Positions 36,951 through 48,624 of a DNA stretch of 64,000 bases are shown piece after piece; within the stretch, counting starts at the first letter, position 1; the number at the start of each line of letters is the position of its first letter. The notes beneath the pieces were generated by a model. It saw nothing but the letters and a program-made list of their open reading frames with translations. It did not search any database and had not been told where the DNA came from. The position numbers and the translations under genes are program-made. Origin of the DNA: Squalus acanthias (Eukaryota); contig CM059432.1 of the NCBI GenBank assembly GCA_030390025.1, positions 136,092,001 through 136,156,000 of the forward strand, given 5' to 3'.

Positions 36951-36979
36951 TGAGCTTATCAAAAAGTCAACTGCCCCAG

Positions 36980-37460
36980 CCTAACTCACGCCAAGTCCCA
37001 TTCAACCACCACCCCTGTGCTCACTGACCTCCATTGGCTCCCAGTCCGACTTATAAATTTTAATCCTTGTTTTCAAATTCCTCCATGGCCTCGCTGCTCC
37101 CTATCTCTGTAACCTCCTCCAGCCCTAAAACAACAACAACAACAACTTTCATTTATATTGCACTCCAAGATATCTGCATTCCTCCAATTCTGGCTTCTTG
37201 CACATCCTCAATTTTCATCGCTCCACCATTGGCAGCCATGCCTTCAGCTGCCTAGGCCCGATGCTCTGGAATTCCCTCCCTAAACCTCTCCGCCTCTCTA
37301 TCTCTCTCTCCTTTACGATGCTCCTTTAAACCTACTTCTTTTGGTCACCTGTCCTAATTTCTCCTTATGTAGCTCAGTTTCAAATATTGTTTGATAACGT
37401 TCCTGTAAAGTGCCTTGGGGCATTTTACTACGTTGAAGGTGCTATCGAAATGCAAGATGT
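36980..37460 (+). mobile_element. L2 LINE 3' end
   Basis: Colinear with 42455-42945. Confidence 0.85.
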
Positions 37461-38254
37461 TTTGCACAAATTATTTTTGCATGATGATTTTAATGATCCC
37501 ATCATTATTTTAATAACTTGATTATATTCCTCAATTAATTGATGAAAATACATTCTTAGAGGCTTTTCATAGTTTAGCAATCTAAAACCTGCAATTGTCT
37601 TTGCTGCCCTTCTCTGAATCCTTTCTGTTGCCTTTATTTTATTTACACCTTTCTGGCAGATCTCAGACAGACTTTCATCTCTTTGCCTTGTGTACTGCAC
37701 AATGTTTAGCATCTGTGTGATGGATCTAGAATCTGGGATCCATCCTGTTTCAATTTATTAGCAATTCTACGTTATATTTTTCCATTTTATTTGTAGCTAC
37801 GCCCAATATTGTAACAATTTAAAATGACTTCTGTCCTGGAAGAGATTTCTGTTGTGTGTTTGTGTGTCTCTGTGTGGGGGAAAGGGTTGAGCAAATACTC
37901 ACATGTTGTCTCCAGTAATCTTTGAGCTATACCTTTGAAATTTTAAATGGTTTATCTTTTGAATGGACAATGGTTTTTCTTTGATGATTTTAATTATATT
38001 TGAGGAAAGGGGAATGACTTTGAACGATGTTAGATGGATGTTTTCTAACCCTATTGTTCACAACAGGATGTCAGACACTGTGAGAGTCGACAGAACAGGC
38101 CAGGTACTTTGATCTGCAGGTCAGCCAGCTGTTTCCAGTTCTAATCCAATTATGCCTCTGCAAGACATTAATATGGTATGCAAGCCTTGAATGAAGTGTG
38201 AATTGGTATCCAATCAAGTTGATGCTCCGGTCAAGGTGCTCCAGTGTGTTTTTG

Positions 38255-39500
38255 GCATTGGCGGCTGTGCCTTCAGCTGCCTAGGCCCTAAACTCTGGAA
38301 TTCCCTTCATAGACCTTTCCGCATCTCTACCCCTCTCTCCTCCTTTAAGTCGCTCCTTAAAACTTCCCTCTTTGACCAAGCTTTCTGTCCTAGTATCGCT
38401 TTATGTGGCTTGGTGTCAAATTTTGTCTGATAACGTTCCTGTGAAGTGCCTTGGGACATTTTACTCCATAAATTTTGAACTCAGTGTCAGCCTGTGGCTC
38501 AGTGGGTAGCACACTTGCCTCTGAGTCAGAAGGTTGTGGGTTCAAGTCCCACTCCAGGGACTTGAGCACATTAAAGCTAGGCTGACACTCCAGTGCAGTG
38601 CTGAGGGAGTGCTGCACTGTCGGAGTTGCCGTCTTTCGGATGAGATGTTAAACCGAGGCCCCGTCTGCTCTCTCAAGTGGATCTAAAAGATCCCATGGCA
38701 CTATTTCGAAGAAGAGCAGGGGAGTTATCCCCGGTGTCCTGGGCCAATATTTATCCCTCAGCCAACATAACAAAAGCAGATTATCTGGTCATTATCGCAT
38801 TGCTGTTTGTGGGACCTTGCTGTGCGCAAATTGGCGGCAGCGTTTCCCACATTACAACAGTGACTCCAATTCAAATAGTACTTCATTGGCTACCTCTTTC
38901 ACCAAGCTTTTGGTTACCTGTCCTAATATCTCCTTATGTGGCTCAGTGCCAAGTTTTGTCTGATAACGTTCCTGTGAAGTGCCTCGGGACGTTTTACTAC
39001 ATAAATTTTTAACTCATCCAAAACGCTGCTGCTCATATCCTAACTCGCACCGAGTGCCGTTCACCATCATCCCTGTGCTCGCTGCATTGGCTCCCGGGTC
39101 TGGCAATACCTTGAATTTAAAATTCTCATCCTTGTTTTCAAATCCCTCTATGGCCTCGCCCTTCCCTGTCTCTATAACCTCCTCCATCGCTACAGCCCTC
39201 TGAGATCTCTGCCCTCCTCCAATTCTGGCGTCTTGCGCCACCCCGTGCCTTTGGCTGTGCCATGCCTTCAGCTGTTTAAGCCCTAAGCTCTGTGAATTCC
39301 CTGCCTCTCCGCCTCTCCACCTCTCTCTCCTCCTTTAAGACGCTCCATAAAACCTATCTCTTTCACCAAGCTTTTGGTCACCCGTCGTAATAGCTCCTTA
39401 TGTGGCTCGGTGTCCAATTTTGTTTGCTAACGTTCCTGTGAAGCACTTTGGAACATTTTACTATGCTAAAGGCGCTATATAAATGTACGTTATTGTTGCT
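38255..39500 (+). mobile_element. Cluster of L2 3' fragments surrounding a SINE
   Basis: Three L2 tail segments (38255-38482, ~38893-39015, 39015-39500). Confidence 0.8.
38484..38892 (+). mobile_element. SacSINE1-like tRNA SINE (3' tail missing)
   Basis: GTGGCTCAGTGGGTAGCAC...GGGTTCAAGTCCCAC A/B boxes followed by the family body. Confidence 0.9.
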
Positions 39501-39542
39501 TTAATTTCCGAGTTGGTGCTAGCAGAGGTAACTCCTCCAAGT

Positions 39543-39580
39543 GGATTCTGATGAAAGGTCATCGACCCGAAACGTTAACC
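39543..39580 (+). ncRNA. Hammerhead ribozyme motif in a short Penelope family B remnant (39543-39665)
   Basis: ggatt-CTGATGA-AA-GGTC-atc-GACC-C-GAA-ACGT-T-aaccc, followed by the family B tail ACAGATGCCGCCTGAGTG...TTTCAGATTT. Confidence 0.7.
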
Positions 39581-40094
39581 CTACCTTGCAGTCTTCACAG
39601 ATGCCGCCTGAGTGCTTTCAGCATTTGCTGTCTTTATTTCAGATTTTCAGCAGTATTTTGCTTCTTGTTAAATCCTGCAGCTGTTGGCTGGTTTAGGAGT
39701 TCATGTGATTCATCTGTTTGCCTCGACATCATTCTGGTGAGCCAGAGCTCCATGGTGACTAGTGCCCATTTATGGCACATAGCCTCAAAGAAATCTGATA
39801 AAAGGACTCTAAGAATCGCGAAATGACTCATTATGTTCGACTCAGAGAACAGATTAATGTGCTAGTGCTAAGTACTGTATTATGATCTCAGCTACTGATT
39901 TATTCTTGCTTTTGTAAAAATTCACGCTTGAAATAATTTTGAATGAGTGGTAGTGTTTTTCCGGCTTTCGGAGAGATTAGTGCCAGGAATTTCCTCGGGG
40001 TCGCTCCTGCTCCACCACAGTAACTTGGCCGTAACTTCAACGTAATCCCAATTACACATGTAGAGGGGGTGTCCACAGCGCATCCGGCAGAGTT

Positions 40095-40650
40095 AGAATC
40101 ATAGAATCACAGAAATTTATGGCACAGAAGGAGGTCATTCGGCCCATCGTGTCTGTGTCAGCTGAAAAAGAGCTATCCGGCCTAATCCCACTTTCCAGCT
40201 CTTGGTCCGTAGCCCTGTAGATTAAGACACTTCAAGTGAATATCCAAGTACTTTTTAAATGTGATGAGGGTCTCTGCCTCTGTCACCCTTTCAGGCAGTG
40301 AGTTCCAGACCCCCACCACCCTCTGGGTGAAAACATTTCTCCTCAACTCCCCTCTAATCCTTCTACCAATTACTTTAAATCTATGCCCGCTGGTTATTGA
40401 CCTCTCTGCTAAGGTAAATAGGTCCATCCTATCCACTCTATCTAGGGTCCTCATCATTTTATACACCTCAATTAAATCTCCTCTCAGCCTCTTCTGTTCA
40501 AAAGGAAACAACCCCAGCCTATCCAATCTTTCCTCATAGCTAAAATTCTCCAGCCCTGGCAACATCCTCGTAAATCTCTGTACCCTCTCTAGTGCAATCA
40601 CATATTTCCTGTAATGTGGTGACCAGAATTGTACGCAGTACTCTAGCTGT
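40095..40650 (-). mobile_element. CR1 LINE 3' end (continues at 42963-43185 beyond the L2 insertion)
   Basis: ORF 40182-40601 ALERVQRFTRMLPGL...SYEERLDRLGLF...RGDLIEVYK; the CR1 sequence CTCTAGCTGTG|GCCTAA rejoins across the L2. Confidence 0.92.
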
Positions 40651-42962
40651 GTCTAGCTGGAAAAAACTCTCTCCCAACTCTCTTACAGCTGCACTTACGA
40701 AATCCCAACTGTCCAGCCTTTGGCCCTCCATTCACCATGACATTTCTGCAGCTACTGATCTGCTCAACCACACCCTCACCACCACCTTTGATGCCCTAGT
40801 CCCCAACAAAACAATTACTCTCTCTCACCCTGGCCATTCCCCCTGGTACGGCTCTCATCTTCGCTCCCTTAAGCCCAAGGGATGCAGACTTGAACGGATA
40901 TGGCGGACAACTGGTTTAGCCATTCACCGCCAGATCTGGCTGGACCACATAAAAGCATTATCGGGTCCTGTTCTTGTCTGCCAAAATTTCTCACTATTCC
41001 AGAATCATTCTGGAATGCAAAGATAAATCCCAGCTTCTATTCTCCACTGCTACCTGTCTTCTTAAACTACTCTCCCCTGTCTCCTCTACCCTCACCTCCG
41101 ACAACAAGTGTGAGGAGCTCATGGACTTCTTTGTCTCTAAGATTGAGACCATCCGTTCAGCAGCCTCTGCCACTTCCCTTCTTTCCCCTAGCCCACTGGG
41201 CCAAACTTCTAAGTTCCTCTCTGCCCTAGCCCTGAACTCACATCTTTCTCCAGTTTCTCTCCAATCTCCCCTCATGACCTCTCCGCATTCATCTTGTCCA
41301 CGGGACTCACTTCCTGCTCCCTCGACCCTATTCCCACCAAACTGCTGACCACCGAACTTCCTTTTCTGGCTCCCATGTTAGCTAACGTTGTTAACGGTTC
41401 TCTCTCCTCAGGTACTGTCCCCCTCTCCCTCAAATCTGCCGTCATCACCCCTCTCCTCAAAAAACCAACCCTTGACCTCTCCGTCCTTGCAAACTACCGC
41501 CCCATCTCCAACCTCCCTTTCCTCTCCAAAGTGCTTGAACGTGTTGTTGCCTCCCAAATCTGTGCCCATCTTTCCCTCAACTCCATGCTTGAATCCCTCC
41601 AATCAGGTTTCCGCCCCACCACAGTACCGACAACAGCTCTCATCAAAATCACAAATGACATCCTTTGTGACTGTGACAAAGGTAAGCTATCCCTCCTCGT
41701 CCTTCTTGACTTGTCTGCAGCCTTTGACACGGTTGACCACTCCATCCTTCTCCAACGCCTCTCCAACGTTGTCCAGCTGGGTGGGACTGCACTTGCCTGG
41801 TTCCATTCTTATCTATCTAATCGTAGCCAGAGAATCACTTGCAGTGGCTTCTCTTCCTGCTCCCGCATCGTTACCTCTGGTGTCCCCCAAGGATCTATCC
41901 TTGGCCCCCTCCTATTTCTCATCTACATGTTGCCCCTTGGCGACATCATCCGAAAACTCTGCGTCAGTTTCCACATGTACACTGACGACACCCAGCTCTA
42001 CTTCACTAATTCTTCTCTCGACCCCTCCACGGTGTCTAAATTGTCAGACTGCTTGTCTGACATCCAGTTCTGGATGAGCAGATATTTTCTCCAATTAAAT
42101 ATTGGGAAGACTGAAGCCATTGTTTTCGGTCCCCGCCACAAACTCCGTTCCCTAGCCATTGACTCCATCCCTCTCCCTAACATCTGTCTGATGCTGAACC
42201 ACACTGTTCGCAACCTTGGTGTCATATTTGATCCTGAAATGAGCTTCCGACCACATATCCGCAGCATAACAAAGACCGTCTATTTGCACCTCCATAACAT
42301 CGTCCATCTGCGCCACTGCCTCAGCTCATCCGCTGCTGAAACCCTCATCCATGCCTTTGTTACCTCTAGATTTGACTATTCCAGCGCACTCCTGGCTGGC
42401 CTCCCACATTCTACCCTACGTAAACTTGAGGTCATCCAAAACTCAGCTGCCTGTGTCCTAACTCGCACCAAGTCCCTATCACCCATCACCCCTGTGCTCG
42501 CTGACCTACACTGGCTCCCGGTTAAGCAGTGCCTCGATTTCAAATTCTCATCCTTGTTTGCGGTTAAGCAATGCTCCCTCCATGGCCTCGCCCCCTCCCT
42601 ATCTCTGTAATCTCCTTCAGCCCCACAACCCCCCGAGTTATCTGCGCTCCTCCAATTCTGCCCTCTTGAGCATCCCTGATTATAATCGCTCAACCATTGG
42701 TGGCCGTGCCTTCTGTTGCCTAGGCCCTAAGCTCTGGAATTCCCTGCCTAAACCTCTCCACCTCTCTACTTCTCTTTCCTCCTTTAAGAGGCTCCTTAAA
42801 ACCTACGTCTTTGACCAAGCTTTTGGTCACCTGCCCTAATTTCTCCTTATGTAGCTCGGTGTCACATTTTTTATCTTATACCACTCCTGTGAAGCGCCTT
42901 GGGATGTTTTACTACGTTAAAGGCGCTATATAAATACATGTTGTTGTTGTTGTTGTTGTTGT
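40651..42962 (+). mobile_element. L2 LINE, 5'-truncated (~2.3 kb)
   Basis: RT ORF plus 3' UTR ending AAAGGCGCTATATAAATACA(TGT)n. Confidence 0.95.
41294..42610 (+). pseudogene. L2 reverse transcriptase (438 aa open segment, YADD changed to YTDD, upstream frameshifts)
   Basis: NYRPISNLPFLSKVLE, LLDLSAAFDTVDH, GVPQGSILGPLLF, YTDDTQLY, RNLGVIFD, LHWLPV motifs. Confidence 0.93.
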
Positions 42963-43185
42963 GGCCTAATTTATGTTTTATATAGTTTAAGCATAACCTC
43001 CCTGCTCTTATATTCTATGCCTCGGCTAGTAAAGGAAAGTATCCCGTATGCCTTCTCTACCTGTCCTGCCTGCTTCAAGGATCTGTGGATATGCACTCCA
43101 AGGTCCCTCAGTTCCTTTACATTTCTCAGTATCCTACCATTTATTGTGTATTTCCCTTGCCTTGTTAGCCCTCCCCAAATACATT

Positions 43186-43929
43186 GGCCCAGAAATTGAT
43201 CTCGCTCTGTTCCCGCGGGGGTAAGCCTTCCCCGCGATGTCTCACCTCGCTTATGCTTTTTCTGATCCAGCTCGCACGAAATTGATGTTCCAGACATCAG
43301 CTGTGCTGGGCTTGCGTATCCCAGCGGCGTAGTTAATTCGTGCGAGCTGTGGGATCACGTGACTCAGTTAGAGCCAATGGCAGCACACCATCTTCCATTC
43401 ATAACTTTCACATAAGTGCTGTGAAAGCTATGAATACTATAGCCCCCCAAAAGAACCGCTAAACCTCAATTAAATTTAAAAAAAAAACCATCACATTAAT
43501 AAAATAAGTATAGTTAAATAAATTAACCATTTTAAATAAAAAATTAAATTTTTGAAAAAATTTAAAATCTTTTAAAAAGTTATAAAAATAAACTTACCTG
43601 TCTTTAAAGTCTATAAAAAAGATATACCTGTAAAAAAAAATTCAAAAAAATACTTAATTCACTACTTACCTTCTTAAAAGCGGGTCTTACTCCTCCTTTT
43701 TACATTTCCAAAATCTTCCCTACTTACCTGCGCGTCCAAAGCATGAAGTGCACAGCGTGCGCGCAGCCTGTAGCGCGCACGCGATGCAGCCAGGCCCCGC
43801 CCCCTTTTCGGAAGAGCAATTGCCGGTTTTCAGCGCATGCACAGGGCATGCAGAAAACCGGCAATTGGAGTGGGAATACGCGAGAGTATGCAGTGCGTAC
43901 TCTCGCGTCCCGGGATCAATTTTCGGCCC
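43186..43929. mobile_element. ~745-bp hairpin/splice-site MITE, copy 2
   Basis: Same TIRs and length (744 bp) as copy 1; inserted in CR1; flanks ATT and AAT. Confidence 0.88.
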
Positions 43930-44019
43930 AATAACTCACATTTCTAAGTTGCAGCGGTGGAGCAAGGATTGGCTCTGAGGAAAATCACAGCCTGGGGGTA
44001 TACAATGGCATCCTGCACT

Positions 44020-44295
44020 ACAACAACTGCTTGCATTTATGTAGCGCCGAAATGTCCCAAGGCGCTTCACAGGAGCATTATCCAACAAAATTTGTCACCG
44101 AGCCACGTAAGGCGATATTAGCTCAGCTTTGGTCAAAAGAAGTCGGGTTTTAAGGAGCATCTTACTGGAGGAGCGAGAGGTAGAGAGGCGGAGAGGTTTA
44201 GGGAGGGAATTCCAGAGCTTAGGGCCCAAGGCAGCCCAAGGCACGGCCGCCAATGGTGGAGCGATGAAAATCGGGGATGCGCAAGAGGCCAGAGT
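44020..44295 (-). mobile_element. L2 LINE 3' end
   Basis: Reverse complement of 42650-42945. Confidence 0.85.
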
Positions 44296-45042
44296 TGACT
44301 ACTTCGAAATACAACCCAATAGATGCTATCCCAGATGTTTAACACATCGGGACGAGGTGTCCGTTCATTGGACGTCCGGCTTGCCTGGGAAAGCTGTTTT
44401 TTTTGTGGTGAGCCCAAATAAAGATGATCAGGAAGTAGCCAGAAATGCAACAATCTGGATAATGCTTCATCGATCTCAAGTCATAAAGACCCCTGTGTAT
44501 ATCAGCAGAACATTTCCTCCTCTCACTCGTTACTAAGGAACCAGTTAATAAAAGGAAAAGGCCTGGTGGTATAATAAGAACACAGTAGTGTCGACTATTT
44601 ATATATATGTGTGACATTGACTGCAATGGTATAATTTACTGGCTACAGGGTTCAAGTTCACACTATGGTCACTCCGCACCACAGACACACACCATTGCCC
44701 TAATTAATATAACTTGGCCATTAATATGCCATTGACTAGGAATTTGAATACTAACCTAATTATCAAATTGTTCCGCTACTAACCCAAACATCAGATTGAA
44801 TCAGTTGACTGCTGTTGGTGGGGAAAGTAATGTAAAACATAATAAAGAAAAACTGGCAAATTCCTTAGAACTGCAGTGAGTTCTCCGTGAATGACAAGCT
44901 TTGCCAAAATTGCCATCGACTATGGTGCTGACAAATGGATTTCACTTAAAGCAACAGCATCCCTTTCTTCAAATGGCCAAGCTGTCAATCCCAGAACTTC
45001 AAAAACTTGACAGTGATTGATTTCTGTATACCACGGGATTTA

Positions 45043-45482
45043 AAGAAAGGAAGACTTGCATTTCTACAGCGTCTTTCACGACCTCAGGACGTCCCAAACT
45101 GCTTTTCAGCCAATGAAGTACTGTTGAAGTGTAGTCGCTGTTGTAATGTAGGAAACGCGACAGCCAATTTGAGCACAGCAAGCTCCCACAGACAGCAATG
45201 TGATAATGACCAGATAATCTATTTCAGAGATGTTGATTGAGGGATATCTATTGGCCAGGACACCGGGGATAACACCCCTACTCTTCTTCAAAATAGTGCC
45301 ATGGGATCTTTAGCGTCCACCTGAGAGGGCAGATGGGGTCTCGGTTTAACATCGCATCTGAAAGACGGCACCTCCGAAAGTGCAGCACTCCCTCAGTACT
45401 GCATTGTAATGTCAGCCTCGATTATTGTGCTCAAATCTCTGGAGTGGGACTTGAACCCTCGACCTTCTGACTCAGAGGCTGA
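45043..45482 (-). mobile_element. SacSINE1-like tRNA SINE
   Basis: Colinear with other copies. Confidence 0.9.
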
Positions 45483-45524
45483 CTTTAGAAGTAGAAACAC
45501 CAGTACTTGGATTACTGTGATAAT

Positions 45525-46267
45525 GGCCCAAAAATTCGTGAGGAAGCCTTCGTGCGAGGGTAAGGCCTCCCCGCGATCTCTCACTGCGCGTTGGCTTTTG
45601 CAGTTCCAGCTCGCACGAACTTGATGTTCTGGACAGCTGCTGTGCTGGGCTTGCGTATCCCACAGGCGTAGTTAATTCGTGCGAGCTGTGGGATCACGTG
45701 ACTCAGTTAGAGCCAATGGCAGCACACCATCTTCCATTCATAACTTTCACATAAGTGCTGTGAAAGCTATGAATACTATAGCCCCCCAAAAGAACCGCTA
45801 AACCTCAATTAAATTTAAAAAAAAAACCATCACATTAATAAAATAAGTATAGTTAAATAAATTAACCATTTTAAATAAAAAATTAAATTTTTGAAAAAAT
45901 TTAAAATCTTTTAAAAAGTTATAAAAATAAACTTACCTGTCTTTAAAGTCTCTAAAAAAGATATACCTGTTAAAAAATTTCAAAATAATACTTAATTCAC
46001 TACTTACCTTGTTAAAAGTGGGTCTTACTCCTCCTTTTTTTATGTGTAGAATCTTCCGTACTTACCTGCGCGTTGAAACCATTAAGTGCACTGCATGCGC
46101 GCAGCCTGTAGCGCGCACGCGGTTCACCTAGGATCCGCCCCCTTTTCCATTCACCAAGTGCCGGTTTTCAGCGCATGTGCAGTGCATGCAGAAAACCGGT
46201 AATTGGAGACAGAATACGCGAGAGTACACAATGCGTACTCTCGCGCAGCGGCACTAATTTTTGGGCC
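45525..46267. mobile_element. ~745-bp hairpin/splice-site MITE, copy 3
   Basis: TIRs GGCCCAAAAATT / AATTTTTGGGCC; AAT TSD on both sides. Confidence 0.88.
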
Positions 46268-46333
46268 AATACTTCCAATAACTTTCAAACGGAGAATGAT
46301 TCCGGGCTATGGAAATGCAAGCTGAGGAACAAT

Positions 46334-47004
46334 GGCCCGCATTTTGCGATGGGTATGACAACGTACTGTCAGAGTACGCCGCCATACCGCCTTTGAAATC
46401 CACTGGCAGGCCATCCGCTCCACCACCGAAAGCCTAATCGCTGGCGCCGAGTTGGGCTATTTGCCCACCAAATGTCCAGCAATTACGTTCGAAAATGTTA
46501 CAGCTGGTGGAAACAGACACAGGGCCTGTTTCCACAGTGTAAGGGGACACCCGAAATTTAAAAAATGCTTTTTTTAATTAAATGACATCCAGGAACATTA
46601 AAAGCTTTGATGAGAAGCAATCCTAGTGTATGTTAATGAGGCAGGTTTCTTTAAAATAACGTTTACATTTCATAACTTTCTGCACAGTGGACAGTATTTG
46701 TTTAGAAGTGGGAATTATGTGTAATGAATTGGATTCCCACGATAAACGCTAAATCTGTATGTATTTTAAAGGCTGTAGTAATGAAGTAATGTAGCAATTT
46801 AAATGAAGGACCAGGCCCACGTGATCCCAGGTGCGCTTCCGCACAAGCTGCATCGCTGGGATCCGTGGGCCGTTACGCTGCCCTCCTACTCGCAGCGTCA
46901 GAGCGCAGGTGTACGCAGGAGGGCCGCCATCAGGTTGGTGCATATTCTTTCCGCAGGTCGGCGCCGTGCTCTGGAGGTACGCCGCCGACCGCAATTTTAG
47001 GCCC
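46334..47004. mobile_element. Related Harbinger-type MITE
   Basis: Ends GGCCCGCATTTTGCG / CGCAATTTTAGGCCC, AAT TSD on both sides; shares GGCCCACGTGATCCCAGG with copy 5. Confidence 0.75.
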
Positions 47005-47329
47005 AATACAAATGTTGTGATTTCCATTCTGGCTTTTCTATATCCCAGGACCAGGGAGACTGGATTGTCATCATCAACTGACCAATAGCCACCGCAAATT
47101 TGATACAAATCTGGAACATCATCATGTAGCTTTAATATTTCTGTAGAACTTTGAAACAGTAACGCAGCACAACACAACTAACAACAATCAGTGACTTTCT
47201 GCAGTTCGTTGTGCAGTGGCTGCGTACTCTTCAAGAAGAGGGATTACAATTCTCTGCTCATAAAGATCTTTTTAAATTGTGATACAGAATTGAAAACTTG
47301 CTGAAACTGACCTTGATTCTGGTGCTGTA

Positions 47330-47715
47330 ATAACAACAACTTGCCTTTATATTGCACCTTTAACGTAGTAAAATGTCCCAAGGTGCTTCACAGGAGCATT
47401 ACCAGCCAAAATTTGACACTGAGCCACATAAAGAGATATTAGGACAGACTTGGTTAAGGAGCGACATAAAGGAGCAGAGAGGGGGAGAGAGGCGCAGAGG
47501 TTTAGGGAGGGAATTACACAGCTTGGGGCCTAGGCAGCTGAAGGAACGGCCGCCAATGGTGGGGCGATTAAAATCGGGGATGCGCAAGAAGCCAGAATTG
47601 GCGGAATGCAGAGATCTCGGAGGATTGTACGGATGGAGGAGATTACAGAGGTCGGGAGGTGCGAGGTCGTGGAGGGATTTGAAAACAAGGATGAGAATTT
47701 TGAAATCGAGGCAGT
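47330..47715 (-). mobile_element. L2 LINE 3' end
   Basis: ORF 47399-47770 DFKILILVFKSLHDLAP...GGRSFSCLGPKLCNSLP. Confidence 0.88.
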
Positions 47716-47785
47716 GGGATACAGTACTGAATTGTAAGGGCCAATCAAGTTTGAGCACAAAGAAAGCCAAATTTTAAAATAACAT

Positions 47786-48549
47786 AACCCGAAAATTAGA
47801 CCTAATACGGGAGATTACGCACTGTGTACTCTCGCGTATTAGGTCCCGAAGTGCTGGTTTCCTGCATGCACTGCGCATGCGCGGGAAACCGGCACTTCGG
47901 GTATGGCAAAGAGGGCGGTTCCTAAGTGAACTGCGTGCGTGCTACAGGTTGCGCGCACGCAGCACACTTAGTTTTTTTTTCAGGTTTGAACGCGCAGGTA
48001 AGTGTTGAAGATTTTACACATGAAGAAAGCAGGCGTAAGACCCCCTTTTAACAAGGTAAGTAGTTAATTAAGTATTATTTTAAATTTTTTTCAACAGGTT
48101 TATCTTTTTTAGAGACTTTAAAGAAAGGTAAGTTTATTTTTATAACTTTTAAAAAGAATTTAAATTTTTTCAAAATTTTAATTTTTGTTTAAAGTGGTTA
48201 ATTTATTTAACTATAGTTATTTTATTAATGTGATGGCTTTTTTTTAAATTTAATTGAGGTTTAGCTGTTCTTTTGGGGGCTTGTTGTATTCATAGTTTAG
48301 ACAGCTTTTCCTGTCAAAACTATGAATGAAAGATGGTGTGCTGCCATTGGCTCTAACTGGCCCACGTGATCTCAGAGGTAGCATCGAACTAACTGCGCCT
48401 CTGGGACACGCACACACTGCGCGCCGGCACCAGGGAGAGGCCCAGGAACTGAAGTTCATGTGGGCCAAAACCATAAAGGTAGGTGCGGAGTGCGATATCG
48501 CGGGGGATCCTTACCCCCGCGGCAACCATCGAACTCTAATTTCTGGGCC
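47786..48549. mobile_element. ~745-bp hairpin/splice-site MITE, copy 4 (inverted relative to copies 1-3, diverged)
   Basis: Reverse-complement colinearity; right end AATTTCTGGGCC followed by AAT. Confidence 0.85.
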
Positions 48550-48624
48550 AATGTGTGTGCACCCCTGTGCTTACATTGGGCTGTTGACTCATCACGGTAC
48601 TCTTTGAATGTTTTATGTAGCTCT

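Noticed and set aside
38490..38555. tRNA gene
   Set aside because: A/B boxes belong to the SINE head and continue directly into the SINE body.
48343..48370. ER stress response element
   Set aside because: ATTGG-to-CCACG spacing and orientation match neither CCAAT-N9-CCACG nor ATTGG-N1-CCACG.
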